From: Raillietiella orientalis
Taxonomy: Eukaryota
Length of the DNA: 64,000 bases
Assembly: GCA_036172245.1 (NCBI GenBank)
Contig: JAYWIR010000058.1
Location: 434,001-498,000 of the forward strand
Direction: 5' to 3'
The translations under genes were made by a program, and so were the position numbers. The notes beneath the pieces were generated by a model. The model was not told the origin of the DNA. It searched no databases and was given only the letters and a program-made list of their open reading frames with translations. Every line of letters starts with the position of its first letter. Within the stretch, counting starts at the first letter, position 1. Below, in pieces: positions 49,601-64,000 of the stretch.

Positions 49601-52581
49601 TGATGTTATCAGACACATTGCAACAATCCAAGTCTTCATAAGAGTTTGAATGACATCTTGGTCTTTATAGGAGATTGCTAATTCTTGAAGGATTTATTTC
49701 CAGTAATCCAGGGATGCCAGTTTGTATCACTAGGGGCGAGAGATACAGAAATTGAAATGAAAAAATGATTGAAATATGTAAAAAAAAAATTGCATATAAT
49801 TACTGTAGTTTCGATTCAGAAAACGATTTTTCCCTCTGTACTTGTAATTTTAAAATCTCAAAAGATAATTATAGCAAATTCATCTTGAATTCAAATATTA
49901 CAATTGCTTAGAAATTGGTCATTTGCTTTTTTGTGTTCTAAAAATCGATGTGGATGGCGCCAAAACTTGTGATTCCGTGCAGACCTTTATGGAGTAATTA
50001 ATACGTATGTCGTGGTTTTACAAGGTGAAAACAGATTTACGAGAAAAGTCTTTGAAACATAAAACAGTAAGTTTAAGAGCATGAAGGTGAATTATGTAGT
50101 CAGAAAATTATGAGACGAATGACTGTAGTGCTGAGAGACTGAAGAAAAACAAACAAAAACAAAAACGGAAGCCTAGTTCGTGTACTAGAGTAAGGTAATG
50201 GACGTATAATCAGCAGAAAGATTCCCAGTTGCTACCGGTTTACGATATTTGTTATGAAGCAAGCAAGTTACCCACGGTGCTCGGTTGATTTTGCAAACTG
50301 ATTTTTCACCTTATATTGGAATGTTTTGTGCCATACACAGCTGGAACAATTTATGCTTAGAATTGTATTTTGCTTTTTAAAAAATTGTTATTAAATTGTA
50401 CTTTATCATTAAATTGTACTTTCTTCGCTGAAACTCGAAATTAGTGATAATCTTATGCTGAATGTTGTTGAGATTAGCGACCTCCTTTCAGTTAAAAAAA
50501 AAAGAAAAAAAAATTGATTCGTTAGAAAACACTACAAAATATTTACGTGAACGTTCGAAGACCTTAAGACAAACATTTGAGACTTATTTTCCTTGATTAA
50601 CTGAATTTTATAAATTTTTCTGCATGGGGTGGTTTTTGTATGATGAATTCCCAAGCAGTAGTTCTAGTAATAATATGTTATGAAAGCTTTCAAGTGTTAT
50701 TTGAAGATTTTCAATTTATTTTCAAATCCCTGTTCCTTCCGACAACGATGATCCTAAATGATTCGGGTGACTCCTATTTTATGAGGCTGCAAACTGTTTA
50801 TCTTATGAAGTCAATATAAAGTAATTTTAAGAATGCCAGCATACACCGGAAACGTTATCTTTTACAGCTGGTTCTGATAGTTGACATTTGATGTTTTTTG
50901 CAATGGTACTTATTTATTATAATGTATAGAGAGCAACTTAGTTTTTCATCGCCTATGATGGCTACTTAACGAAATCAGTTAGTTCATAAAATTGTGTTCA
51001 TTTGATCGGAAGCCCATTCATCAGACCCTAGTTCACATACTGAAGTTTCGCTTACATTACGTATTTTAGAAGTTTTTCATAAATTTTGGAAATAGCTTAA
51101 TTTCTGTGCATGTTTAAAATGAATAATTTCTATTCATGGTTATGTGTCCAGACGAATTTTCAAAGGAAAAGAAAAATGCTTATTCATTTATTTGATAAAA
51201 TTATCTAGCTAGAAATTTTATTAGGCAGAAGGATTGCATTACATGTAATTTTGGGTCTTGCCAAACAGTTGTTTACATAATCTTTGTTTTAAATGTGGTA
51301 TGTTCGTTTTGCTTCCTTCTGATTAGAAAATTCGTAAGCTTTTATAGGATTATGTTTATAGAGTCGAATTCCCAGGAAGCAAGTAATTTTTTTCCATAGC
51401 TTTTTATATCAAAAACGAATTGGAGCAGTCTTCATTCTGTAGAAAATCACTCAAGAATTTAGAATTTTTATTGGTATTAATTTTTAATTTTAAGCACTTA
51501 ATTTTCTTTCAATAGCACACAATTAGCACAATATCGCCTGATTATTACTTAGTCGTATTTTATTATCTTTCATCAAGATCTTTATCTCCCATAAGTCTGT
51601 GAAGTTTAGTGATTCGTTGAATCATGGTTGGATATTTTGAGGATGATCGTTATTTTGTTTCTTATTTGTGATTATTGTGTGTGCCTTCATCACTCCTTGT
51701 TTGTTTTGGTTCTTTAATCTTCAGACATTGATTTAGACCCCAGTCTTATCTGGAATTTCAAGAAAATATGCATCAGTAACAGGCAATAATTTTTAGAAGA
51801 CTACATTTAATTTCAAAAAACGGACTATCATCCTCACCTCGAAACTTTTGAAATTTTGCATGATTTTGAGATAATTCAATGCGTAATTTTTTTAAATGGA
51901 ATAACCAGTCATTTGATACGCTGTCGATTTCATATTGTGTCTTCCGTGCGGCAATAGCACTAAAGCAAGCGAGAAGCCAATCTTCTCATTCCAACAAAAA
52001 CTTTCTCTTGCTTTCTTTATCTGTTCAGCTATAAAGGACCCACGTTACATTTCTTTGGCCTTGTAAATACTGCTGAACTCTTGCTGAGATCTATTGCGGT
52101 TTGCATTATTTGGTCTAGCATCTACGTCTTTTTTGTTTTTTGGATACTCAAATTTTCTGATTCGGTTTTTCTTCAGATTCTCAGATTCGGTTTCTACGAA
52201 TTCGACTGTACTTTTGCTTAGGTTTAGGAAACTGCATAGAGTAAGTGAAATATCGAGTTTTTGTTAACTGCGCTAGTTTTACTTTTTTTATTTTGTTTTG
52301 CTATAAAAGATTCATTTTAAGCATCTGTAACTTATTCATATGTATTTAAAGTACAATTATTTTTCTCAAAGAGTTTTTGACCATTTGAATTACTAAAGAC
52401 CGTAAAACTTTCAACCTTTGAATCGTATTTGTTGCTGCTCTAAATGTTTTCAAATGGTTTCCGTTTTCGAATTGCTTTACATGAAGTGCCATGAACTGAC
52501 TGATTCTAAAAGTGTTTTATGCAATTCACTTCATCTATTTGATTGTAAAGTGTTTTAAAATCATTGATTAGTGGAGCCACC

Positions 52582-52668
52582 ATGAGAATCAATCATTGTG
52601 ATCTCTTTTCAGATAATGATGCAAAACCTCAAGATAGTGAATCAGACAAGCACTTATATTTATACAGT
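52582..52668 (+). CDS. kcc: K-Cl cotransporter (SLC12A4-7/kcc-like), N-terminal exon
   Basis: Reads (MRINHCDLFS)DNDAKPQDSESDKHLYLYS with a phase-0 GTAAGT donor at 52669; joined to the next exon it gives LYLYSEELDERP, matching the conserved KCC N-terminal L(A/Y)L(F/Y)xEE(M/L)DxxP segment. Either an internal exon from the TTTTCAG acceptor (start 52613) or a first coding exon from ATG 52582. Confidence 0.75.
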
Positions 52669-55600
52669 GTAAGTTATTTACATATTTTGAACTATATTAG
52701 TGAATTCCTTTGCGAAAGGCATTTAGCTAAAAATTATCGTTAATCTTTCTTGGGACTGTAACATAGAGGCGATCTTGACTCTTTGAATGTAGGCAGTAAA
52801 GTGAACCATTCAAGAGATTTCATTTTTCGGTAATTTTGTCTTCGTGACTCTTTCATCAGAATGTACAAGTTGTGTGATTGCTGTGCGTGCTGGTGTATTG
52901 TATAATGAAATTGTTACGTAATCAAATTCCAAAGGCAGCTTGTAAGAAAACGAATGGCCTCAAGAAGAGGAAAAATTCATTCTCACAGTTCGTCTTCAAA
53001 AATTTCAGAGATTCTAACTTTGGGGAAAAGAAGCAGAAAAGGATTTTCTTCATGGCAAAAAAAAGTCTAAACTGTCTCTTTGAGAAGAACAGTGCTTGAC
53101 TTAGGTGGTCTTACTTTGATCCCAACAAAAATTACGAATATTTTAGCAGACTTTTATTGAGAGAAGATTTCAAATGGAGTTTAGAAGGATGCTTTTTTGC
53201 AAAATGTTTCGTAAAGTACGAAGGTCAAGTGCGTTTGTAGCCCTTCCCTTTTTTTAGTGGCATACTTTGCGACTGAGGATATACGTTATTTGTAGATATG
53301 AAGAACTTTCCTCCTGATAACGTACATCAATTCTAATACATCTTACATGTCCTATTATCAGGACACAAGAGGGAACTCAGCACTGTAACTGCTAGACAAA
53401 AGGAATTTGAAGGTAATGACAAAGGAAATGCAAGGAACACTCTTCCTTTTCTTTTTATGGAGAATGACCGGGAACCTTTCCCTCCCAAAATAGGCGTCCT
53501 CATTTTCCTTTCGTCTCACACTCACTTTTAGCTACCTAAGCTGAAGAAATGTCGATGAGGAACAATCTTAAGAAAATGCTCCTGGTTTCTAAAGCAGTTC
53601 ATGGGACGAGAGCTTCCAATGCACGCCCGAATAGGCCATGCATGCAGAAGAACAACATCCTAGTGAAAGCAGAGATTGTGCGGAACTACTCACATTAATG
53701 TCTGTGAAAATGTGCCTGCTATGGTTTCTACTAGTCGCGAAAAGAAAAAGGGCAAAGTAATCGTGGGAAGAAAGCTTCCAGGAAAGTCATTGCAAAGTTC
53801 TATTTATGAATTTCATTGGTCCCTTGAAAAGGGACTACTAAATTGGATTTTGAAAGGGATGATCACTACGAATAAATTCTGGATAGCTTCGTAAGGAGAA
53901 ATAGGTACTTCATGATGGTGATAATGAATTTAGGGAGAAACTTTTGAAAATCAAGCAACACCTCAAAATCTTTCCTAGTGTTTACAGTCTACAATTTTTA
54001 TAGTGTTGTAACAGTGCATGAAGTATCTGAGAATAAGTAATTCCTGCATTCACATGCTGCTTTGTTTGTTCATGATTTCGAGTTTGAATTACTACACCCT
54101 GATGGCATTAACTATGCTTATTTTTATCAAAAATCAGCAACATTTCAGTCCCCCCCCCCCCCCCCACAAAAAACAAGAACAAAACAAAACAAAAACAAAC
54201 AAGAAGGAACACATCTAAAGAATCATTTGTCATCGCTTTGTTGAATATGTATAGCAGGTGTACAGTGTTAGTGTCCGTATTAACATAATATATGAGAGTG
54301 ATGTAACGACTTAATACAGACATTTCTTTTGCACTTTTCATTTGCAGATGAATTTCTTCGAAACTGATTCTTATTCACATCTTGTACCATTTTTGCATGC
54401 GTTTTTTGCTCTTGTCCTCCTTTGTAAAGTCTCTAATTCGTTTATAGAAGGGCATCATCATTCCATAGGTGATCGGTTATAGTCCGAATTTTTGGAAATT
54501 TCGATTCCGTCTGATTCCCATTAACAAGCGGAGTTTGAAGGACTAACAAACTGCTTAGTAAACGCTTCCCCTAATGTGATCCTAAGGAAAGATAGATTAA
54601 TCCAATCAAGGGAAATAGAGGCTTTTTAATGCTTTTCTTGATTTGGTCTCCTGACTGCACACGAATACTTAAAACATGCCTTTCATGTGTGAATAACAGT
54701 GAAACAAATTTTCTGGTAAGCTCATTGCGAGTTCTATAATGTTGGAAAGGTAGAGGGATTGGAAGTATGCCTCATATTCTTATTCTAGGAATATGCAAGC
54801 ATATTTATAAATTTCCTCCCTAGGCTTTTGTTTTATTTGAAAGTGATTCGATTGATCTCAAGTGATTGGCTATTTCCTAGTGCGCACACTGGCAGATCAC
54901 CTATACTCGGAAACCGAATTCCACAAACTTTCAAAGTTCACTGTGGATACAGTTAAGTTTTTGCTGCAAAGGTTCCAGAAATTCTTTTCTTGAACTTTGG
55001 CTTTTGGCTTTCAGTTTTCCTTGGTGCAATTGGGCGTTTCGTTTCGTGTCTAGCCGGTACTCAATCTGCTACTTACGGTCACACTGTGAATAGTGACGCA
55101 TGTCCTTGTTTTGATTTTGGCCGAAATCATACCTAATTGTATTGATTATTTTGATTCCTAGTAGCATTCTTTGCCGTGTAATTCAATTCAATATGACGAA
55201 TTACTATTCTGGGCCGCACATACGAAGGCGGGATATGGAGTTCTTCACACGTTGAGATTTTTGGGTAATGCCAGTTCCAAAGTCCAACTTGGAATCTCTG
55301 TGCAAACCCTATTTTGTTTCCATAATCTGATTTTCTTCGCACTTTTTTGGAATTGATGGAATTTTTAGGTTAGTTCAGGATTTTTTTTTTCTTTCAGCAC
55401 GCAGTGAGGTCCATTTTCTTTTTTTGTTTCTGTTTAAGGTCTTAGGATTTGAATCCAGCAATTAATTTTTACGTGTTAATCAACATCCGTTGTTTTCCAG
55501 CTCAGTTCTTTATTTTAATTTCTCAGGCTAACCTTCATATCTGTTAACTTGTAACTCCGTCTCCTTATTTCTAAAAGCTATTTCATCATCTCGGAGCATT

Positions 55601-55742
55601 TGGTTGCAGCAAAATTTGCGAATAACCATTGAATAATTTAGCCAAGAGTCAAGCACAGAACGAGACTGTACACTTAGCATTAAAATCCTCAAGTTCTGTA
55701 ATTATATTTGCTACAAATTTTTGAGAAAACCATTTTCTCATC

Positions 55743-55846
55743 AGCAGCATGACTAATCTGTTTTTTTTTTTGAAAAAAGAAAGAAAAAAAAAAAAGCAGC
55801 ATGACTAATCTGTTTTTTTTTTTGAAAAAAGAAAGAAAAAAAAAAA
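55743..55846 (+). repeat. Tandem duplication of a 52-bp unit in the kcc intron
   Basis: AGCAGCATGACTAATCTG-T11-GAAAAAAGAAAG-An occurs twice head to tail. Confidence 0.9.
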
Positions 55847-58800
55847 AACAGAAGTCAACAGAGAAAGCAAAAGTCATTCGTAAAAGTGCTTCTTGGCATA
55901 AATTTTTAAAATACGAACGTACCAGATTGAATTTGAAATGATTACTAATTTATTTCCAAAATGAAGACTAGCCATTCGCTGCATAGTGTCAACTTTAAGG
56001 CTGCGAATGCCCACGTGTAGTACCTCCTGGAATGATAATCAGTGATGAAATAGTAAGATAAATGATTAGCTCAGCTTTTATTTTAATAATTTAAAAACAG
56101 CACGTAGTTTTAAGGAAACCGAGCTGGTAATTCTTGAGAGCAAGTTTCTGTTCATAGGCGTTTGAAAACAAGACTAATAATCTTCCAGAAGGAATTAAGT
56201 ATTAACAACGAAGAAAATATGATTAATACCAAGGGAATAATTTTCTTAGTGAGTTGTATTACTAATGGGTACATTTTAGAAATAGTTTTTATGGTACATT
56301 TGAATGTTCTTGGAAGAGAATCAATATGAAACCTTGGCTTCAGAACTTGATTCTTTCCGTTTGTTAGCGTGCTTCCTCACCCTTCTGCTTCCATTTTTTC
56401 AGTAAATGCATTTACTTATTTATTTTTTCACCTCATCTTTCATTGCAAATTGAAGTGTTCCATAATAAGAGTTGATAAGAGTACACAATAATTATGCACC
56501 AGGAGAACTAGGATTCTTGGCCTCTGAAAATGTTTTCTGCTTGAGCAATTTCTTTTCAATTCAGTCTCATGTATCAGTTTCATTTGTCTCAGTGTATATT
56601 CTTTCGGCGGAATATAGGTTTCCGCATCTAGGAATACGGGAAAATCGATTTGAATGAATCGTCTGCTGTTTTTGCGTTTTAATTCAATGAGCCCGTATTC
56701 TAATTTTATCTATCCACATGTGAGACTGGAGGGACCATTCCTGAGGTTTTGAAATATTTATTCATTCATTCCATGCACCTCTTGTTATTAATTTGCAGAT
56801 TTTGAATCTTTTGAGTGAACTTTTCAGTATTGCAGAGATTGTGATGCGTTAATATGTACTCGTTGAATATCGGATCCGTATGTGTGCCTTGCAAATTTGA
56901 AAACCGGTGCCAAGAAGGTTCACAAATAAGCAAGCGAGGAAACAAGTGTACGATTCGTGGCTTCTAAATGTACCATCGATCGCCCGAGGTCTTATATTTG
57001 GCGAAAAAGTTACCGTCTTTCTTAAATAAGAACGTTAGTTTTCACAGAGCAATGCAGAACACTCGTTTTCCCATATACCTGTCTGATAAGTCGACATCGA
57101 GTTTTCGCGCTGATCACTGCTCGAAGTGATTCGTCCGCTTCCACAACGTTGGTGTGGATGTCCGTTTTGATTCCAATGCGGTTCGCACGTTTCTTTCCCC
57201 TTCCAAACCCGCTACTTCAAAAATAGAGTTGCAGCTTTTTCACAGAAAAGTATTTCTGACTTCCAGCAAATAGTAGCTGAAAGTTCAAGATTCAGTGTTT
57301 TGTAGGATTCGTATTTATAACAGGTTATATATACTTTTTATGGGAACACCAGTATCGATCGTGTGTTGCCTCAAACTTTTGTTTGCTCTCCGAGAAATTG
57401 GTCACGGTGCTTACATCGGAGCCAATGCAGCATTTGTCTCTAAATACTTTGTTCTCTATTGTCTTCCTTTTACTAATAATTTTGGAACGTAAGATTAACA
57501 GGAAATTCTAATACATGGAAAAATCTGTTTTAGGAAAAGAGAATAATTGGAGGAAACTCTGAGGAACTCATTTCCTCTTATTATTATTATAATTGCTACA
57601 AGCCGGAAGCTTTGATTGTGCTTAAAATGGAAACGAGTCTGACTTCATATCACATTTCATGTTCTCGATTCCGAAAACTGCTTCGAGAAATGACTTACAG
57701 CAATTCTGAAGAATAGTAAGGAAATGATTATGCATGCAGAGTATGCCATGCTATTGAGGGATTAGTTAATTCACTGAATCAGTTATGTATTATTTTGAGG
57801 TTACTTATGCGGAACAGAAAATGCTACATTAATTAATGAATAGTCATCATTTCCATAAAACAAACAGAAGTGCTGCATTGTTTACACTGCGTGTTTTTTT
57901 CATTCTATAATCAATCTGGTGGAAATAACTGGATGATTATTTCATGAAATTGTGCGATAATTTTTCCATTTGTGTTTGTCAGTAAAATTTTCCAATGTGA
58001 GGAACATCGAGAAAATTTGAATTCTGGAATAAATAGGAGAAGGAAATCACCTGTCGAGCTTACTATTAATAGCAGAATTAAAATGATCAAGCTGGAAATT
58101 TCCATTCAGTTAATTTGAATAGGAAGTAAGATCTGTAATATAGATTGAATAAATAGGAAGACTTTAGGGAAGAAATATTTACAAAATGTTTTTCTTACTT
58201 GCACTTTTACAGAATTTAAAGTAATCCCCTAGAAGGGCATTTGTATTACTAGCTCATACAAAGGATTTTTCGATTCATGTTCTTCCTTCTAACTTATGAG
58301 ATCAGTTTCATTAGCTACTGGATTTTGCTATTAAGAGATGGAGGATCTTGAAAACGTAGGCGTTAAAGGTTCCAGAAATTTCACAAATTTAACTTTTTGT
58401 GCAGTTACCTGCATTTTGAAAGTTGCAGTAACGAGGCAGTCAACAAACTGGAATCACTAGAAAGCAATGGAAAAATAGAACTCGTGGTGCCATACCAATT
58501 ACACAAGCTAGCATGATAAAATTAAACACGGAGGGTATAAAAAACTAGAATCCTTCACTATTGTGATAGATAAGCTATATGAGAAGGCTACAATGAAATA
58601 TCACTTTAGCTTGTCACATAAAAGCCTTTTGCTGGGTCATTGTTTCATGCTTTTGTTAAGTAAAATCAAATTAAAAGACGGTTTTTGAAAGTATAATCAT
58701 TCTAGTCGAAAATAATTTGTATCAAGGAAACAAAGAACCTCACCGATCTCCAAAAAATGGTCATACTGTTGGGAAAGCAAGTGTTTGGAAGTAGGTAAAC

Positions 58801-59459
58801 AGGAGTTGCTTACATAGTCTTAGTGTAAGCCTATGATATATTCTAGTATATTCATCAGAGGAAAAATCTGGAAACCATCTCTGTAGTTCCATATTGTAGA
58901 AAGTTCGATACTCATCCAGTATGACTATCTGTGTGTTGCCTATTCACTCTCAATTTTCTTTTTTGATGTATTTTTTCCACTGAAAGGTTCCTTTTCATTC
59001 TTCCTTAGCTTTGACGATACTTATATTTTGCTTACGATGAGATATTTTTACATTTGAGTGATCGATTCTCTAAAAGTATGTGCATGTTCATATTGCAGTG
59101 AGCACAATTACAAAAGGTAGTTTTTACAAAGATAGAGGTCCTCAGTTCCATTCCATGTTTTGTCGTTCATTTTCGAGGTCTGGAACTCGACTTGAGCAAC
59201 CACTGCTTTGGCTGTTTGTTCAGTTTGCTTCTAAACATGGAAGATAAAAATGAATTGAAAATTTTGGAGAATATTAAGTTAAGCTAGAAAGTGCATTGAT
59301 TAATAGATCTCGATTAACGATTTCAGCCATATCAAAAGAATCGTTCTAGAGTAATCCTTTGCTAGGTCATTTCTTTGATCTGTGCGCGTGAGATTGTCAT
59401 ATTTACTTTGCAAATGAATATGCAATTTGTTGTTTTTATCTTTCTACTCTTCTCCTTAG

Positions 59460-59711
59460 GAAGAGCTTGATGAACGACCTATTGTTGCAAGATTCATCAG
59501 TGATTTGGCAAATTATAGTGTTTCTGTGCCTGCTACTCCTGCAGATGTGGATTCCCAACAACAAAACGCAAGAATGGGGACAGTCATTGGCGTCTTTCTT
59601 CCGTGTATTCAGAACATATTTGGGGTTATTTTATTTGTTCGCTTAACTTGGATTATTGGAACAGCTGGGATCATTCAGGGTTTCCTTCTAGTTTTTTTAT
59701 GCTGCTGTTCG
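59460..59711 (+). CDS. kcc: K-Cl cotransporter (SLC12A4-7/kcc-like), exon encoding TM1-TM2
   Basis: Long pyrimidine tract + TAG acceptor, 252-nt phase 0-0 exon EELDERPIVARFISDLANYSVSVPATP...ARMGTVIGVFLPCIQNIFGVILFVRLTWIIGTAGIIQGFLLVFLCCCS, GTAAGT donor. The next expected exon (ISMSAIATNG) was not seen, so the gene continues beyond the window. Confidence 0.95.
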
Positions 59712-62700
59712 GTAAGTTGATAAAAAAGGGACAATTAATTTTTTCGCGTGGAGTCATTAGATGTAGATATCAGATTTTATACGAATTCTTCCTTCATGTG
59801 AAACAAAATACGCGAGCATGTGCGACGTATACAATAAACCCAAAGTCAATCTTTCAATTTTAAGTTATTTCTCATCTGATGAATACTGGTTAATTTTCAA
59901 AATGATAAATGGTGCAATCTTCTGCATGATGCGTCATTGAATGAATGCACAGATCAGTTATTTCAAAGCATCCCCCAAATGATGATCATTTTGTTTCCTG
60001 TTCAAATGCAGTTTCTGATTTTTTTTTTTTTTCCCGTTCCAGTTCGTTATTTAGTGAATTCTTGTATTCAGAGTGTAAAGTAATGTTGCAAAGTGTCTGC
60101 TCAGCGGATATCGTTAAGAAATACAAATTAATATCTATTTTCCGAGTACAATCACAGTCTTCATTTTCAAAATCATAAGATTAAGCGTCTCATAAGATTT
60201 AATCTTTGAAACTGCTTGAATCTTGCATTGCTTTTATTGGTAATTGTTTTCCGAGTCGTTAGCGGAGCAGCACTTGACTTTTTAAAAACTGAATCTTATT
60301 TACTGATCATTGCCTTCTCTTAAATATGAGATGTGTTTGTTGTTCTGTGTTTTACTATGCTTGCTACCTAGAATTCCTCGGATTGCATCTTACTGAAATG
60401 CATGCTTAGCAACTTACCTTTCTAGCACAGTAAACAGTTCTTCTGAGATTCTGCACATTATGGTTATTTTTATCTTAAGTTTTTCCTGCCTTTTCTCCTA
60501 CCAGAGCCGCTTCAAATGCATCTTTTTCCCTCCTCATTTGCGAATTCATTTATTTCATTTGTACTTTTAACAAGCTTCTGTCCACTCGTCTACTCGTCTG
60601 TCGCTTCCTCTTTGAGACACCAATTTGCTATTTCTGGATGTCTGCTCTTCATTCTGAATACGATCTTTCGTTACTGTGGTTCCAATTTTCTGTTTTTTCA
60701 AAAAATGTTTTACAACCGTACTCACATACGGCAACAATTTCCTGCATAGTTCATGTAGTGCTGCTCCACCGTCTTCTAACTTCTGTTTGGATTGCGAATA
60801 AATGTGTTTGCTGGACTATGTGACCTCCGATTTAATGAATCGAATAGTTAAGCTCTTTAAGGTCAGTCATGGGGAACCTTTTATATGACGACCTCATGTA
60901 TTTTCAAGAAATGTTCTGCAGGCCACAATTATACACAACGGTTGCCAATGTTTCGAATTTAAAATTTGTCGTAGACAATTTCTTAAGTAAATTTAGTAAT
61001 TTTTTAAATATGATATGAAGCCCATTTTACCGGGTTAACTATTAGCTTAGCTGCCTTTTTCGAGTTCATTGCGGAGCTAAAATGAAAATGTATATAAGAT
61101 AGAAACGTGCATTTTTTTTTGCATTCATAAAACTTCACACAAAACAATTACAGAGGGGAAGTCAAAGAGTGAGAACTCTAAACAGAACCTTGGTAATCAG
61201 CTACTCCTCAAGTGAATGAAATTTCCAGGAAAAGATTTCTCGAGAACTACACGAAAGTGCTCTGCAGACCATATGCACCCTGGGGGGACCTAAGTCTCCG
61301 TGACTGTTTTCAATGCGTGCCAGAAAGCTTTCACATAAGAACTTTGTGAGACAGTTCTCTTCCACGTCTGGCAACACCTTAGCAGCGTGAAAACTTCTAT
61401 CAAAGAATTCTATAATCTCCTTGTAAATTTTTTTTTTTCACATACGTCTAGAACTCGAGATAGCTTTTTGCATGGCTCTCAGTGTCTGCCAAAATTAAGC
61501 AATCTTCAGTCTTCCGGAAAACGCTCTCTATATTTTGAGGAGCTTTTCTTTTCAGAGTGATGTTATTTTCTGAACGTTTACCTTTTCTGGTTTTTCAACT
61601 CTCATTCAACATGATTAAGATGTTCTTTCCGGTAAGAATTCTCAGATCTAATCTCTGACTGTTCAGTTTCACAGAAGTTTTTATACAAAGTCGAGCTAGC
61701 TGAATGGAAGAGAAAATTTGGTAATACAACTTCGATGCACGAAACGGAAACTGTCCACACAAATGTCATTAAGGGTTCACGTACTGGTCGTCTTTTTACG
61801 CTGCATTATATATGATATGATGTCTTGAGATCGACATGCTGTACTTCGTACTCCATGTAGCTTCCGAACTGCATCCTCTTGGAAAAGCAGGCTACGAATC
61901 AAGCAAGGAAGATATTTAGTTTTAAAACTCTCAAACTAGGGTTTCTCGTCGAAATCATTCACCCCTATGTTGAAATCAAGAATAAGAAATACGTATATTC
62001 TGTTTTATTATCGTACCTCTTGCTTATTTATCTGTTATGCAAACTTAAAATGTGTTTTCGAGTAGAATGTTTGAGCACGTGTCCATTGCTGTATTGTGAC
62101 TTTGGTGTGTCCGTTTGCTTGTGCAAGCACCTGAATCATCAAGGAAGAAATGCATTCAAACTCGTAGACTTACATAGAAAGGATAGGATCAGCCAGTTCG
62201 AGACTTCTGGTGGTTTCCACCGAAAGAGGATAATAGAATAGCGTTACAGAGGAAAGCTCATTTAATTCAACTCAAGCAGATGAGACCTTGTTCGGGATCC
62301 TCATTGGAGTTTCTCAACATAGAAAGGAAAATTGAAGATTCACAAAAAACAGTCAGATATTAACAAGAACTTAAGAAGTTTGCATTTAATCCATGTAGTC
62401 TCAGTTGCATTTTTTTTTTCTTTTTAAATTTAGGGGTAATCTTGAAAGCATTTCTATGCTGTTGCCATATGCAGATCACAATATGATTATAGAGTCCATA
62501 GTTGCCGAAAACTTTCTTTTGAAGCAGTAACATTGCCTGCATGCAGATACAAGAATCGCTAAGTGTAATTGCGTATTTTTAATGAAAAAAAAAAAAAAAA
62601 GAAAGCACGTTTCTCTCCATGAAATCTATGTTTTCCCAGTAAATCTAGTCATATCGACTAGATTATAGGTGTATGTGTTCACGAGAACTTTTGCCTGTTC

Positions 62701-64000
62701 TTTTTTTCTTCGTAAGTAGTTCTACTTAAGGATACATAAGTGAACGTCCAATGTTAAAATTTGATTCGAAAAGAACAGTTGCACCAATGGAAATGATCCG
62801 TAAAATCTATGAAAATGCAGCAAGCCAACGTGAGTAGATTTCGAGGCATTCGGAATCTTTGACTGTGCGTTCATTTAACATGCCACGAAGCGAAAACTCT
62901 TTAACAATTCAAGAATTACTCAAAATTCCCAGGGGAGCCAATTACATAATTGTTTCTGTTCATAGCTATCAGTATGGGAAATCAACGACAGTGCACTCAT
63001 GCCTCATGTTCAATGCAGACGCGATTAAACTCATCAGCAATGACAGGTAAAGGAAAACTTACCTTGCTGCTCTACGTCGTATAGGATAGCAATAGTGTTG
63101 ATGGTTCTCAGAGGACGTAATGCTCACAAGTTTACGTTCAAACTTATTTCCAATGTATTCGTTCTCCAGTTCATTGAGAATTGCCTTCATTCAGATATGG
63201 AAATGACTGTAGTTGATTCTGCATATCCTTAGCGTATTGGCACTGGCAGACGGTATTGCATGTACAAATCGTACGCATATCTGTAAAGGTCAGCAAAAAA
63301 AATTCCCAGTTAATTGATTTGATAGCCGTGCGACGTTCATTTCCTTGGATTTTCTTCCCTCCTTTTTGTCTATTTGTAGGGAGCACACAGAGGCGTACGT
63401 AATTTCGGTTTCATCGATGGAAATCTTATGTCATGAGAAAATATCTGTGGTGTGTTTTCAATTGAGATAGTACACGCATTTATGGGGGTTTGCTGTTATT
63501 GTCCACCTTTCCATCTGTTCTCCGTTAAATCTGGATTATTTTTCATCCAAGCTAAATTTCAAGTTTGCGAGAAGAATGTAAGATTAAATGATGTTATTTT
63601 TAAGGATTTAGAGAGTGCTGAAGCAATGCTAAGTAATGCTGTTCAGTAATGGAAGTAAAGGAGACAGCCGGGTGCATTTGAGTTTTGCATTACAGAGTTG
63701 AATTACTGAGTTGCGAGCGCGTATTCTCACTGAGCGGTTGAATGTAAAAATGGTTTTGAAAGGTTGTGTAAGGTATCGGCATAGTCTTTCGTCATGCTGA
63801 TATCATATATTTTTTAAAAGTTACAAGTGAAATTTGAAATATGTGCTTTTTAAAGGAAGAACGTGTTTCAAATGCTTCACTTATAAAGCTGAGCTATTTT
63901 GTGAATTATTTTGGATTTCTGATTTCTTGTATTTCATGTGCTTGCATCAGGTTATGTTCGGAATGCAGGGATACTTTGTGCATCTCTTGCTAAAAGGTGT

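Noticed and set aside
1..64000. CRISPR array, rRNA, tRNA or prokaryotic operon
   Set aside because: Spliceosomal gene structure throughout; no regularly spaced repeats, rRNA signatures or tRNA cloverleaf recognised by eye.

Overview
Eukaryotic (metazoan, probably arthropod-like judging by the protein wording; organism not identifiable with certainty) genomic DNA with GT-AG introns ranging from 44-52 nt to several kb. Four protein-coding genes are well supported by hand-spliced models: (1) an ENPP4/5-like ectonucleotide pyrophosphatase/phosphodiesterase on the minus strand running off the left edge; (2) a divergent two-exon Siah/Sina-family RING E3 ligase (minus, 23614-24479); (3) a complete six-exon WDR18/Ipi3 gene (plus, 29548-31501); (4) the 5' part of a K-Cl cotransporter (SLC12A4-7/kcc, plus, exons at about 52.6 kb and 59.5 kb, continuing past the right edge). 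The window is a sharp mosaic of GC/CpG-rich and AT-rich CpG-poor blocks. Most six-frame ORFs in the GC-rich blocks look spurious. The best leads are a spliced upstream ORF in frame with the Siah-like gene and separated from it by one UGA-C codon (uORF, bicistron or readthrough), several candidate small multi-exon minus-strand transcripts, a possible short-N-terminus KCC start with a GCCACCATG Kozak context, and a series of quasi-palindromes. No rRNA, tRNA, CRISPR or intact transposase/RT was recognised. All coordinates were derived by eye; no database search was run.
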